From assembly GCF_036321535.1 (NCBI RefSeq), contig NC_087437.1, positions 111,230,001 through 111,294,000 of the forward strand: a stretch of DNA of 64,000 bases, in the 5' to 3' direction. Below are positions 37,444-49,061 of the stretch, one piece after another (position 1 is the stretch's first letter; each line of letters starts with the position of its first letter). Both the position numbers and the translations under genes were made by a program. Origin of the DNA: Camelus dromedarius. Taxonomy: Eukaryota. Under the pieces are notes generated by a model. It worked only from the letters and a program-made list of their open reading frames with translations, did not search any database and was not told the DNA's origin.

Positions 37444-39366
37444 AAAAAAGACTGTTCTCTAAACATTAAATGTTTAAATGTTGGTCCATTAAATTGATGT
37501 TAATTGGAAGGGTGTTTAAATTTATAAATGAAAACAAAACACAAACAAACAAAAAAGACTGTTCTCCAGAAGAGAGAACAGATTAAGCTGTTTATAGCTA
37601 TTTTTGCTTCAATGATCAAAAAAAAAAAAAAAAAAAGTTCACTGATTTCCTCAGTTGGTGACCAAGTGGTCACTTGTTTACAAAGTACCATGTGAGGTGA
37701 AGAGAGGAGGGTCCCCGCAGGAAGGGATGGGTGCTTTAAATGGTATCGCAAGTGGTGGATGTGGTGGGAGCGTAAGGAAGGAGAGGTAAAGAGACTTTCT
37801 AGAAGGCGGTGGGACTGGGGTTAGCCTCTGCAGGAGAGGGGATTTGAATGGGTGAAGGGGTGGTGTGAGTACAAGCTTGGAGCGTAACTGAGCGTTCTGG
37901 GAGGAGACCTGTGTTGGGTGCTGGGAGTCGGGCTGGACTCCATGGGGCCGGGCTGGGGTTGTGGACCTGTGGGTGGCAGTGAGCCTCCAGAGAGCTTTAA
38001 GCAGGAAGTCAGAGTTTTAGACCTGATTTCAGGGCAGAGCATAGAGTGTATTCAGGGGTCCAGGAGGAATATATTGATGTCATAGTCCAAGCTAGTGGTG
38101 GCCAGACTTTTATTACTTTTTTAATCAGAAACCTATGTCAAGGAAATAACTTTTGAACCCCTCACTGCAAACATGTATCTGTCTACCTACCAGTCAGTCA
38201 GTTGTTTATCAATCTTCTATTGATTGATCACTTCTGTACTTATACATTGAGTGCATTATGAAGCAGTTACAAAAAAAGGAAGTAAACAGACATGGAAGGC
38301 CCACTGTTTTCGTCCTGGGGCCCAGTGAGTCAGTACCTTGTATGAGAATGTTCCTTGGGTTACCAGCATCTTGCTAGAGACAGCGCGTCTGGGTGCTATG
38401 AGGCAAGGTCCTTAATGAACCTGATCTGCGTGGGAACAGAGAGGAAGGAAAAGTGAGGGAGGCGGTCAGCAGAAGGAATCAATGTGGCTGGTCACATTCA
38501 AGAGGAGTGAAGATATAAGACAAAAGGAGGGCAACCAGTGGTGTGTTTCAAGGCCAGGTGAGTGGACTGGTGACAGCCGTCAAAAGACAGGGGAGAGTGG
38601 GGAAGGGTGCAGATTTGGGCAGAAGACGATCTTCCCTTCCTCTCCATCCCTCCATCCTTAGGTCCATTCTCCTCTCCCTCCCTCTCTCTTTCCCTATCTT
38701 TATACAATGCTGGGAGGTCCACACATGTGATTTTGGTTGTGAGGGAAGTGGCCCAGGAGAATGTCCAATGGGCAGTTGAGATGGGACTCTGGGGCAGCAA
38801 CAGGCTGGGGCCTGGCTTAGGGCCAAGAGTTAACCTGTGCAGCGATCACAAGGGGAAGAGGTAACCATCGGAGGGCAGAGGCCGCCTGGCCTGAGGGGGA
38901 GGGGCGGGGTGCTGCATCACTGGGCTTTGCCACCCCCAGCTCCCGAACCATGCCCTTGAACTGAAGATGGGGGCGGATTTGGTGTTTCAGAAATGGAGGC
39001 GCTGTGGGGGGGGGCAACCTTGAGGGATGGTTTTGAGGCCTGAGAGGGAGTAGGGAGGGGCCTTTGCTGGAGGAGAATTTATGTTTTCACTTTGCGGAGA
39101 ACCAGGTTTGACACCGACTCTTCACTGAGCCTTTCAGTCAACCATTCAAGTTTGCTTAAGTAAATTTCATTCTTTTCTCTAATAATTGAATCTTTAGAGC
39201 TTTGCTGATGTTCCATTTTTCTTTTTTTCCCTTGATGCTATTTCAGATAAGGTTTTCTCCTGGTGCAGAGGAGTCGCTGTGTGTTTTCCTAGGGCTTTGT
39301 GAATGGTCAGGGAATAAATTTTGCCTGCAGTGTCTGAGTGCAGCCATATTCCTGGTGTCTCTTTAG

Positions 39367-39659
39367 GTGGCCATAAAAGTCATCGACAAGAAGAGAGCCA
39401 AAAAGGACACCTATGTCACCAAAAACCTTCGGCGAGAGGGGCAGATCCAGCAGATGATCCGCCACCCCAACATCACCCAGCTCCTCGATATCTTAGAGAC
39501 GGAAAACAGCTACTACCTGGTCATGGAGCTGTGTCCTGGGGGCAACCTGATGCACAAGATATATGAGAAGAAGCGGCTGGAGGAATCTGAAGCCCGCAGA
39601 TACATCAGGCAGCTCATCTCGGCGGTGGAGCACCTGCACCGGGCCGGGGTGGTCCACAG
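39367..39659 (+). CDS. HUNK: HUNK coding exon 2 (VAIKVIDKKRAKKDTYVTKNLRREGQIQQMIRHPNI...HLHRAGVVHR)
   Basis: Acceptor ctctttag|GTG and donor CAG|GTAAGG. 293 nt, phase 0 to phase 2. Contains the VAIK catalytic Lys (residue 91), alphaC Glu, hinge and the start of HRD. Confidence 0.97.
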
Positions 39660-39819
39660 GTAAGGGCCATGCCGTGCTGCTGATCGCCAGCTCCGTGCCA
39701 AATGGACGGCGCTGACACAGTGTGCTCCAAACAAGGCTGAGTCCTTGTAGCATGTTTTACAGTTCTTCTACATTTTCGTTTCATGGAACTGTTTTGTGAG
39801 TTGGGTTAATGCTAATGTG

Positions 39820-40060
39820 GGGTTAAAAGAGTGGTGTCTGAAGCCAGAGGTGCCTGGATTTGCATCCTGGCTCCATCCTTTAATAGTTGCGTGGGCTAGT
39901 TACTTAACCACTCTGAACCTCAGTCTCTTCTTCTGTAAATGGGAGTAATAATGATATATATCTCATGGTTGGTGTAAGGGGAAATGAGTTAATATATGGA
40001 AAGAGCTTGGAAGAGTGTTTGGTACATAGTTACGGACTTGTTAAGTATTGGCTGCTCTTA
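39820..40060 (+). mobile_element. MIR SINE relic
   Basis: tggttaaaagag...ttacttaaccactctgaacctcagtctcttcttctgtaaatggg...aaatgagttaatatatg. Confidence 0.65.
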
Positions 40061-40674
40061 TAATTATTTGTAAAGTTATGAGAACAGTTACTCAGGTGCC
40101 CGAAAGAAGCATCAGTGTTAAGATGGCATGAAATGGCTTTTCACTGAGTGATGGTGCTTTCATTGTATTTGCTTTACATATGGTTTTTGTTCAATAGCTG
40201 TTTTATTCAATTGAATTGAATCACCATTTGAATTGTGAACTTGCTTTTGAAAGTGAGGGATGTTCCCCGTAAGCCAAACCCACCTTGCAAATTATTATGA
40301 AAATCAACCTTTTTTTTTTTTCAACAGCCTGCTTCCTCCTGAGCAGGAGCTTTGCAGGCAAAGTGAACAGAAACAGGATTCTTAGCAGTGTTGCCATTGG
40401 TGGTGGGTACCGACTTCTCATGCTAGAGTGAAATAAAATCAGTACAATACAGTAAAATGAAAAAGGAAAGTGCCCTCTTTTCCTCCCAAGAAAGTGTTGA
40501 CTTCACCAATAAATGCATTGTTCTTCCTTCATGGAATTATAATTGATAATTACTCTGAGTTGTTGAGAAAGATTAGGGCTGATGTTTAATTGATTCTCAC
40601 TTAAAAATCAAGAGGAAGGAAATTATATATATGTGTGTGTATATATATATATATGCACACACGTGTTTAAAATA

Positions 40675-41436
40675 TTTTTATTGAGATACAATTTACATAC
40701 TATAAAAGTCACCATTTTAAAGTGTGCAAGTCAGTCGTTTTCAGCATATTCACAGAGTTGTACAACTATCACCACTATTTAATTTTAAGGGGGGAGGGTA
40801 TAGCTCAGAGGGGGAGGGTATAGCTCAAAAGAGGGAGGGTATAGCTCAAGTGGTAGAGTGCATGCTTAGCATGCACAAGGTCCTGGGTTCAATCCCCAGT
40901 ACCTTCTTTACATAAATAAATACATAAGTAAGCCTAATTACCCCCCAAGAAAAAAATTTTTTTTAGAATATTTCCATCAACCCCCCAAAGAAACCCCATA
41001 CCCATTAGCAGTCAGCCTCCATGCCTGCCCCTCTGACCAGCCCCTGGTAGCCACTAATCTCTCTGTCTCTATGCATTTGCCTATTCTGGACATTTCATAT
41101 AAATGGAAACAATATGTGGTTCCTTATGGCTGGCTTCTTTCCCTTAACATAATGTTACAAGATTCATACCTGTTGCAGTCTATTAGTCCTTCCTTCATTT
41201 AATGACTGAATAACATTCCATTCTCTGGATAATCCACATTTTGTTTATCTGTTCATCCACTGATGGACATTTGGGTTGTTTTCACCTTTTGGCTGATGTG
41301 ACTAATGCCACCATGAACATTTACGTGCAAGTTATTGTGTGAACGTATGTTTTCATTTCTTTTGGGGAATTCTACTCTTAGGTGTGGAAGGGCTGTATCA
41401 CAGGGCAGACTCCAAAGTTTAACCTTTTGAGGAAAC
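40675..41436 (-). mobile_element. L1MB-like 3' end, interrupted by a SINE
   Basis: ttttattgagatacaatttacatac...aaaccccatacccattagcagtca...tgatggacatttgggttgttttcacc...ttaaccttttgaggaaac. Confidence 0.8.
40789..40956 (+). mobile_element. Vic-1-type SINE, long form, with a triplicated 5' head
   Basis: GGGAGGGTATAGCTCA three times, then GTGGTAGAGTGCATGCTTAGCATGCACAAGGTCCTGGGTTCAATCCCCAGTACC and a taaataaa...cctaattacccc...A tail. Confidence 0.88.
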
Positions 41437-41615
41437 ATGTCTTTTAAAAATTCAGCTCTTAATGGTGCCTTTTATCTGTTTGAAAGCCATTCATATTCTG
41501 ATCAGTGAGAATGCAGCTTCCAGGTCTTTAATCAGTAGAACTCAAGGTGGAGAGGGCTGTCTCTCTACCAGTGGGGTTGGCACTAGGGGATGATCTGCCC
41601 TCTGTGCTAGAACCT

Positions 41616-41800
41616 GGGACAGTGTACGGGAGGTCCCAGGTTCAGGGGGACACAATGAGGAAGGTCCTGTGTCTCAGGGGGACACTGTGGGGAGGTCTTG
41701 GGCTCAGAGGGAGACTGTGGGGGAGGTCCTGGGCTCAGGGGGACACAGTAGGGGAGGTTCTGTGTCTCAGCGGGACACTGTGGGGAGGTCTGGGGCTCAG
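41616..41800. repeat. G-rich minisatellite, six units of 30-32 bp (consensus GGGGACACTGTGGGGAGGTCCTGGGCTCAG)
   Basis: Units at 41616, 41646, 41678, 41708, 41739 and 41771, read directly. Confidence 0.9.
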
Positions 41801-44139
41801 AGCTTTCCAGGAGCCAGCCTTGGCCAGGCGCCATTCAAGCAGATCATTTCCTCACCAAGGTAAGGCAACCTCTCCATGTACGTATTTTTAGTCACACATA
41901 TTGTCACGAAATCACGCCTCATTAGAACTCTTTGAGTTTCGATCCACAAGGAAGGGAACATTCAGAAATTTGAAGTGAATAAGACTATTTTTGGCTCTCT
42001 CCAACAATACCCTTGTGTAACCTGCCGTGTCATAGTTCTGCCATTATTAGGAAAATGATGGTCGTCAGAGTGCCTGGTTCTGTCTCCGTTGATTAAGATG
42101 ACAAAGGCAGAAACCTCACGAATGAATCAGCTTGGATTACTGACTCCGCAGGTCACGGCGGAAAATAGAACCAGGGGAAGAGCTTTCTGAGGGACTCAGG
42201 GTGTTATTACAAGGGTTTCCTGCTGTCAAAAGTCAGATGCACACTGGACTTCGCAAGATTTTGAGGACGACAAAGGAAAAGCCAGTGAAGGCTGCGCCTT
42301 GCTGGCTGGTCCCTCCTGCAGGAAATTCTCAACACCCTTTTAAAGTAATTTTAACAAAAATCCAATCCCTGTCAGCGCAATTACTGTCAGAATGTCAAAG
42401 GAATGAATTTAATAATGTTTTGATAGCAAAGATGGTGTGCCTTTTCTTTCTCTGCTCTCCAGCATTCTAATTCTTCCTCCCTCTTTGGAAATATATTCAT
42501 AAGCCAATCCTGGCAAAGCCTCAGGTCCTGTGTCTTAGCGGGACACTGTGGGGAGGTCTGGGGCTCCCAGTCAGGGAAGACTGGAAATCTAGGTGTCATT
42601 TCAGAGGAGTTCTTCATTTTCCTCGCTAGAAATCAAGTTAATGAGTGTCAACACACACGGATACAAGTGATTAGGTGGCTGAAACCTCCCGGGACAATGT
42701 TTGTTTAGAATAGACTCATGAGTGGCTTTACATGGAATATCTTGACTTTGAAAAGTTCTATATCACTAATTTTTAGTAGACATATCTGGCTCCCTGCTGG
42801 TTATATCCTGTAGCCCTTTTTAGTGATGGAGAATTTTCTCCTTTGTGCTGCAAAGGTGGAATGAATTTCATAAATTATTTTGAGGTTAGATTTTTCAAAT
42901 GAGTAAGAGAATTTAGATAGCATTTCAGAGATGTCCCGGAGTCCCCAGCAGGCAGATTTCTGAGCACACAGATCGGATCATCCGAAAGGATTTAGGATGA
43001 ATTTGGCTACATTATGTGATTTAAAGGGTGTTTGGTTGTGTGTATTAGAGGATGCTCTAAAAGTTCCCGATTAGGCTGATACCATATCGTCATGTCATCG
43101 TCAACTTAATGCATCTTAATAGCAGAGTCCTCATTTCCTGTGAAATTAAATCTAAATATTTAATTATCTATATGGAACTATTTAAATACCATTTAAAGGA
43201 AGAAGATCTTTAAAAATCATGTAACTATGACAAGTAGACGGGGAAAAAGAAAACAAAACGTCTATAAAGCAGACTTCTTTAGCTGGCAGAGAACTTCGTT
43301 TTAAACTGGACCTGCCATAGCTTTTGTGTCTTTTGCTGCAATAGGGCTGTTTTTAACTTCTGCAAAGTTAGAGTATGGTCTTAACTTCTTTATTACATCG
43401 TTTTTGGATTGCCTGAGATACTTTGAGTTTAAAAATCTAATGAGTTTTTTTTTTCTTTTCTCAACCATGCTTACCCAGCAGGGTGCCAAAATCTGATGGT
43501 CCCCTAATCTAGGTAGACCGTTGACTCTTAACATCCATCATCAAGAATGCTGATTCTGCTGAGAGGCTAATTTGAGATTCATTTGTTCATTCAGAATAAC
43601 AAGGTCCAATCAAGCTATGCAGACAAAACATACCAGGGTACCACAATACCACTGTCCCTAAGCAGGAAGAGACAAGCCATGGGGGCCCGAAGGACTGGGA
43701 GAGAAAGAATGACATATGATCAAAGGGAACCGGAGCCTGGGCTTGGCTGTGTGTCATCACGGCCGCTCCCAGGGCCATGACCTTCCTCACTCATCAACAT
43801 TGGGAAAGGGCCTTCTGCACGTGGGAGGAATGCAGGGCAAGAGAGGGGACCCTTCTTTGTTCTCGAGGGCCTGACAAGAAGCAGGCCCAAACCTGTACTG
43901 GTGGGGTATTAAGAAGTTCTTTTAACTCAGGCTTTCTCGGAGAGAGGAGGGAGGGGAAGTCAGATGAGAAGGGAGTGACTTCTGCTCACACCCAGGGGCT
44001 GTTGGAGATCCCAGGGCCTGAGCACCTATCTGGAAGTGCTGATTATATAGATCAAAGGCTTTTCATTTAATTAGGCTTGAAAAAACATGATGGGAAATAG
44101 ATTTTACAGAGCTCTAGCCCCACAACTTTGTGGATTGTG

Positions 44140-44390
44140 ATGTACAGTGGTTAGCCGTGTGGATTCCAAAGCCAGACCGCCTGCGTCTGTCCACATGCCG
44201 GGTCTGCCTCTTAGAAGCTGCCCTGGGCAGATCACTCAGGCTTTTGTGCCTCTCTCTCCACCGCTACACAATAGAGATAAGGGATTATCCACTTCACGTG
44301 GCTGTTGTGAGGATTAAATGAGTCAATTCATGTAAAGTGCTTAACACTGGGACCCTTGGTAAGTACTGAGTACGTGTTTGCTGTGATTAC
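44140..44390 (+). mobile_element. MIR SINE relic
   Basis: cagtggttagccgtgtggattccaaagccagac...ctgggcagatcactca...gttgtgaggattaaatgag...gtaaagtgctta. Confidence 0.7.
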
Positions 44391-45956
44391 TACTCAGTCT
44401 ACCTCATTCATTTTATCCACAGAGGCCGAGTTCTGTGTACTCAAGGCCTCACAGCTGTTCTCTGCTTGTACTGGCCTTGCTGTCTTTGGCTGGCTGAGTT
44501 CTGCTCATCTTTCAGGTCCCAGCTTCTCCTCCAGGAAGCCCTCCAGGCTAAGCACCCCACCCCCCACCGCCCCTGTCATAGACTCGCCGGAATTCTACTT
44601 TGATCTCCAAATACTCTTCACATGATCACTTGCTTGTTTGGTAACTGTCCTCTGCACAGGCCACCACCTAGCCCAATGCCCAGCCCAGCACGCACACAGT
44701 AAGACTGTTGGATGAATGAAGGGAAACTGAATGAATACAGCTAGTGTCGGAGTTAGCACTGGCATGGAAGCTTCCTGGTAGCCAGTTCCATGTTCTTTCT
44801 GGAATGTTTCATATTCTCCCTGGAATTTCAAGGGAGTCTCTTCATTGACGTCGTACCAATTTGTTTATTTTTCAGGTCACAATTTGTAGAGTGGCATCTT
44901 TTTAGTGAATGACTAGCTGTTTCATTTTATAAACAGAATTTGTTCCTGGGGCATTGTAGGAGCTCAATACAGGTTTCGTTTTGAATAAATAAATTAGGTA
45001 CACGCTTAACAAATTATTCTCGTGTTTTACCAAATTGCTCATATTGTAAATAAATCAAAGATTAAAAAATCACTTGGTTTTAATACGGCGCTTTTGAAGA
45101 TAAAACCTAACCAAAAAAAAAAACCTCTTGTTCAACCTCTGCAAAATGCCTGTTGCCTTGAGGAGTTACGTACTTTTCTTGAATGCTTTATTCTTAGCTT
45201 ATTACTGAAATCCATCTTGTGGCCATCTGCACAGGCACAGCTTCCTCCCCAGACCTAATCCTCTGTGAGCTTGGTCCAGCCTCCCGCCTCCTGCCCCAGT
45301 CCCTTCTCTCTGACCTTTCATTTGAGGGCTCGTGCCTCGCAGTACTGTTTGCTTATCGCCAAATGAACCACCTGTTTCAAGTCTTTTCTGGAGTCTCCCC
45401 CTTCACTTTGTCTTAGAATCTTTAACGGCCTACCCTCACCTCACCTCACCAGCCTCTCACCTCTTTTCAGAGGTTGTTCAGCTGGGAGCGGCCCACTTTC
45501 TCATTTCCACCTGCAAACGGCCCTTTCCATTTTCCAAAGAAGAAGCCGAGGCTCAGAGAGTTTAAACAAGTTGCCCCAGGCCACTCAGCGGGTCAGAGGG
45601 TCGTTGGAGAGACCTGGCCTCGGCTGCCTGTCTTTCTCGCCTCCCCAGGCTGCCCTGTTTGTCCAGTCTTTGCCCAGCCCCCCGACTTTGGGCCTTTGCT
45701 GGCTCCTCACCAGCTGCTCCAGGTCCCACTCCAACCCTCTCTCCCCTCCCTGGAATCCTGGCAGCTTTCTGCCTCTTGGTTCCTCACTTTCTTTTTGGGT
45801 CTCAGCCCTGGGTGGCTCCCGCAGGCTCCTTCTTGAGTTCCTGTCTCTCCGTTGAGGCCTGGGGCTTGTTAGTAGCCCGACCTTCGACCTTCGCTGCATG
45901 GCCTGGTGAGGCCCAGGAGAGAAACTTCCTTTGTTCCCAGCCCAGTATTCTGGAAG

Positions 45957-45966
45957 CATGTGCGTG

Positions 45967-45997
<31 letters not shown>

Positions 45998-46170
45998 CAT
46001 GCCCATGTGTACACATGGGCACGTGTGCTCACAAACACACTTGCAGGCACGCATGCAACATATATAGTCACACACGTGCACCCTCATACACGTACCCCTC
46101 CATGGAGTGTGTGCACTGCCACACACGTGCACACCCATGCACAGACTCAGGTGAGTGTGCACACACGCAC
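45957..46170. repeat. (CA)n microsatellite with a degenerate purine-pyrimidine (CA/TG) extension
   Basis: Perfect CA run at about 45967-45993, followed by cacacgtgca-like degenerate units. Confidence 0.8.
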
Positions 46171-46887
46171 TCCCACTCCCCACTCCCCCGTGCTGCTCCT
46201 GTCTGCCTCTGCTCTGCAGGGTCCTAGCAGCTGCTACTTCTCCCCACCCCACTCCCAACCACAGTGCATGGGGACTCTGTGTTTTTTAGGGCAATGGGGT
46301 ACCCCCCCACCCCTCTGTTTGGGAGGGCAGTGATTGGAGTTCACTGTGGCCAGTCTCCAAACCCTAGAGATTACCATCTTTTAAAAAATGGAAGGAACCT
46401 TGGAGTGGTTGGGTGGGGGGAGGGGGAGGCGTGCTTGGTAGCCCGTGGGTGAACTTTAATTGTTAGTCATGGCCTGTTTGAGCTTGTTCTTTTGAAATAA
46501 CCTAGAATAAAGGGCTGGTGGTTAGGGCTCTCCCCTGGGCCTTCTCTCAGTCTCTGGAAAAATGCCTCCCCACCCTGACTCCCCACCCCCAAACAGTGCA
46601 GGGAACAGAATCCAAGGTCAGGTCTGCCAAGGGCTGCCATGATGAGCCCCATTAGGCATTTCTCCCTGAAATGGCCTGGTTACCAGAGAAGGGTCCAGAA
46701 GCCTCTGAACCTGCACTCTGGTTGGCCTCCTCTGGGCTGGGCTCCCTCCTCATGCTTTGCTGAAGGGCCACTTCACTGGCCACTTCCCTTTGTTCCCAAG
46801 ACACACTGTTCCCACCGCTGCCCCTTAGCACTGTCCTAGTCACCAGGTCCTCCATACGTGCTCCCTCCCTTTTCTTGCTTGTCCTGA

Positions 46888-47496
46888 TGTTGGAGCAGGC
46901 AGATAACTAGATATAAACAGAGAAAGGTGGGGGGGGCATGGGCCAAATGGCAGGAAACCATACATCTTGTGAACAGCGGGGGTCCTTGGGAAGACAGAAG
47001 AAAGGAGGAACCTCTGGACTGATAAGAGATGACACATTTAGGGGGTGACAAGTGTCCTGGAGGCAGGCAAAGAAAGGTGGGAAAGGGCAGAAATTTCCAG
47101 TGTCCAAGTGTAATTTTGCTCATTATGCCCTCATTACAATAAAATTAGCCTTGCAGATTAGAAGTACCCCTCATGCACCGAGGCCATGACACTTCCGATC
47201 CAGACTAAATAAGGACAAAACCCCTCCTCCCCTCGGGTAGGTGGAGTTGGGATGAAAGTCAAGGACTAGGACCCCAAGCCCTTCCCTCCCCAATGAATAT
47301 TCCACCCATTCGTTTTTACACCCAAGGTAGCCAGATGCCCAAGAAACTCAGTGAAGCTGCTCACCTGAGCCTGCCTGCCCTCCCCTTGAAAGGGTACTGT
47401 CCATCACTTAATAAATACTCGCTTAACTTTCTTGACCTCCACATCTTGGCTCTGAATTCTTTCTGGGATGAGACAAGAACCTAATTGCCAGCAACA
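46888..47496 (+). mobile_element. ERV1-type solo LTR, 609 bp, MER41-like
   Basis: Inverted termini TGTTG...CAACA. Perfect 4-bp TSD CTGA at 46884-46887 and 47497-47500. AATAAA at 47410-47415, followed by a U5-like tgaattctttctgggatgagacaagaacc. Confidence 0.82.
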
Positions 47497-48210
47497 CTGA
47501 CTCCTCTTGGAATTCCCTTTTGGCCAAGGAAAAGCTATTGCCTCTCCAGCAGGGACCATTTTCATTCCTTCCCTTTGGCTTTCAGTTATAAGTTCACACC
47601 ATATCAAGTTTGCCTGCCACGGAGAGGAGCTCCTCACACTGTAGGACTAGAGGAAGAGCCCTCTACTCTCTCTTCACCACAAAGTGAGTAATCCAATCAA
47701 GGAGCGTTAATGCGAAAGTGAGCATCGCCCCATCATTAAGTGCAAACCATCAACTGTCAGAACCTTCCTTCCCATCCGGTGGCTCTGACACTTAACACAG
47801 CCACCTAGTTTGCTCTCGGGGTGGAGCTAGGGTAAACCTCATGCTTTTCACTTGGACCACAGGGAACTTTCTGGATAATAGAGGCCTGCCAGTATTTTTT
47901 TTTTAAATGTTACATGGTAATACACTAACACTAAAACCTTAAGAATAAGTTCATCCTTTGTTTATTATTCAAGACAATATCTTTCAATTCTGTGGCCTCT
48001 TGGTATTATTTGTGGCCTTTGGGGTCATTGCTGAGTAGCCGGGCAGAGGGTCTGAGTGGCCCACTGTGCTGAATGGATTCTTAATTAACTTCAGGTGGTA
48101 AGCATGCTCGAGCGTGAACATCCTGAGTGAGGCAGTTGGTGGTAACCATAGCATTCCTAGTACTGACCTCGTAGGAAGAGGGGAGATATGCAGGTACTAC
48201 TTAAAAAAAT

Positions 48211-48863
48211 TAATAGACTTTAATTTTTAAAGCAGTTTTAAATTTATAGAAAAATTGTGCAAAACTGCAGAGTTCCCACCTCCCTCCCACATTGTTTGAC
48301 CTATTATTAGTATCTTACAATAGAATAGTACATTGGTTATAATTGATAAACCAATACTGATATGTTATTATTAATTGTTTCCATTAGAGTTCCTTAGGGT
48401 ACTCAGTACATTAAGATACTCTTTGTATTGTACATTCTATGGGTTTTGACAAATGCATGATGTCATGTCGCCACCATTATAGTACCATACAGAAAAGTTT
48501 CACCACCCTAAAAAAATGTGCTCCACCTCTTCACTCTACCCTTCCTCCTGCAACCGTGGCAATCAGTGACATTTTCACTGCCTATAGTTTTGTTTTTTCC
48601 AGAAGGTCATGTAGTTGGAATCATACAGTACATAGTCTTTTCAGATCACCTTCTTTCACTTAAAGACATTCACTTAAGACTCCTCCATGGCTTTCATGGC
48701 TTGATAGCTCATTTCTTTTTGTTGCTTGATGCCCCACAGTTTGTTTATCCATTCACCTACTGAAGGACATCTTGGTTGCTTCCCAGTTTTGACAATTATG
48801 AATAAAGCTGCTGTAAACATTCATGTCCATAAGTTTTCTGTTTGTTTGGGTAGATACCTAGGC
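48211..48863 (-). mobile_element. L1MB/L1MC-like 3' end
   Basis: taatagactttaatttttaaagcagtttt...ttgtacattctatgggttttgacaaa...tgaaggacatcttggttgcttcc...gggtagatacctagg. Same family as the 12962 copy. Confidence 0.8.
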
Positions 48864-48936
48864 TAAAACTACTTTTATTTGTTTTTATTTTTTATTGAAG
48901 TATAATTGATTTACAGTGTTGTTAAAACTATTTTTA

Positions 48937-49061
48937 TTTTGGTGGGGAAGGTAATTAATTAGGTTTACTTATTTATTTATTCTTAGAGGAAACTGGGGAT
49001 TGAACGTAGGACCTCATGCATGCTAAGCATGCATTCTGCCACTTGAGCTATACCCTCCCTG
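48937..49061 (-). mobile_element. Vic-1-type SINE, long form, with perfect TSD
   Basis: Reverse complement of the head (...cacttgagctataccctccc) and B box (ggggattgaac). Perfect 13-bp TSD AAAACTATTTTTA at 48924-48936 and 49062-49074. Confidence 0.9.

Noticed and set aside
39367..39663. Standalone 98-aa kinase-fragment gene or pseudogene
   Set aside because: It is HUNK exon 2. The 'start' is a GTG Val after the splice acceptor and the 'stop' lies in the GTAAG donor.
41616..41800. CRISPR-like array
   Set aside because: Units are directly adjacent with no unique spacers, and the context is a mammalian intron with no cas genes. It is a minisatellite.
45659..46333. 224-aa ORF and overlapping ORFs with His/Thr or Cys/Val runs
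   Set aside because: Products of the (CA)n/(TG)n simple repeat.
46888..47496. Interferon-gamma (STAT1 GAS) enhancer as described for primate MER41
   Set aside because: I could not find a perfect TTCNNNGAA in this LTR by eye (nearest is TTCTGGGAT), so the analogy is unsupported.
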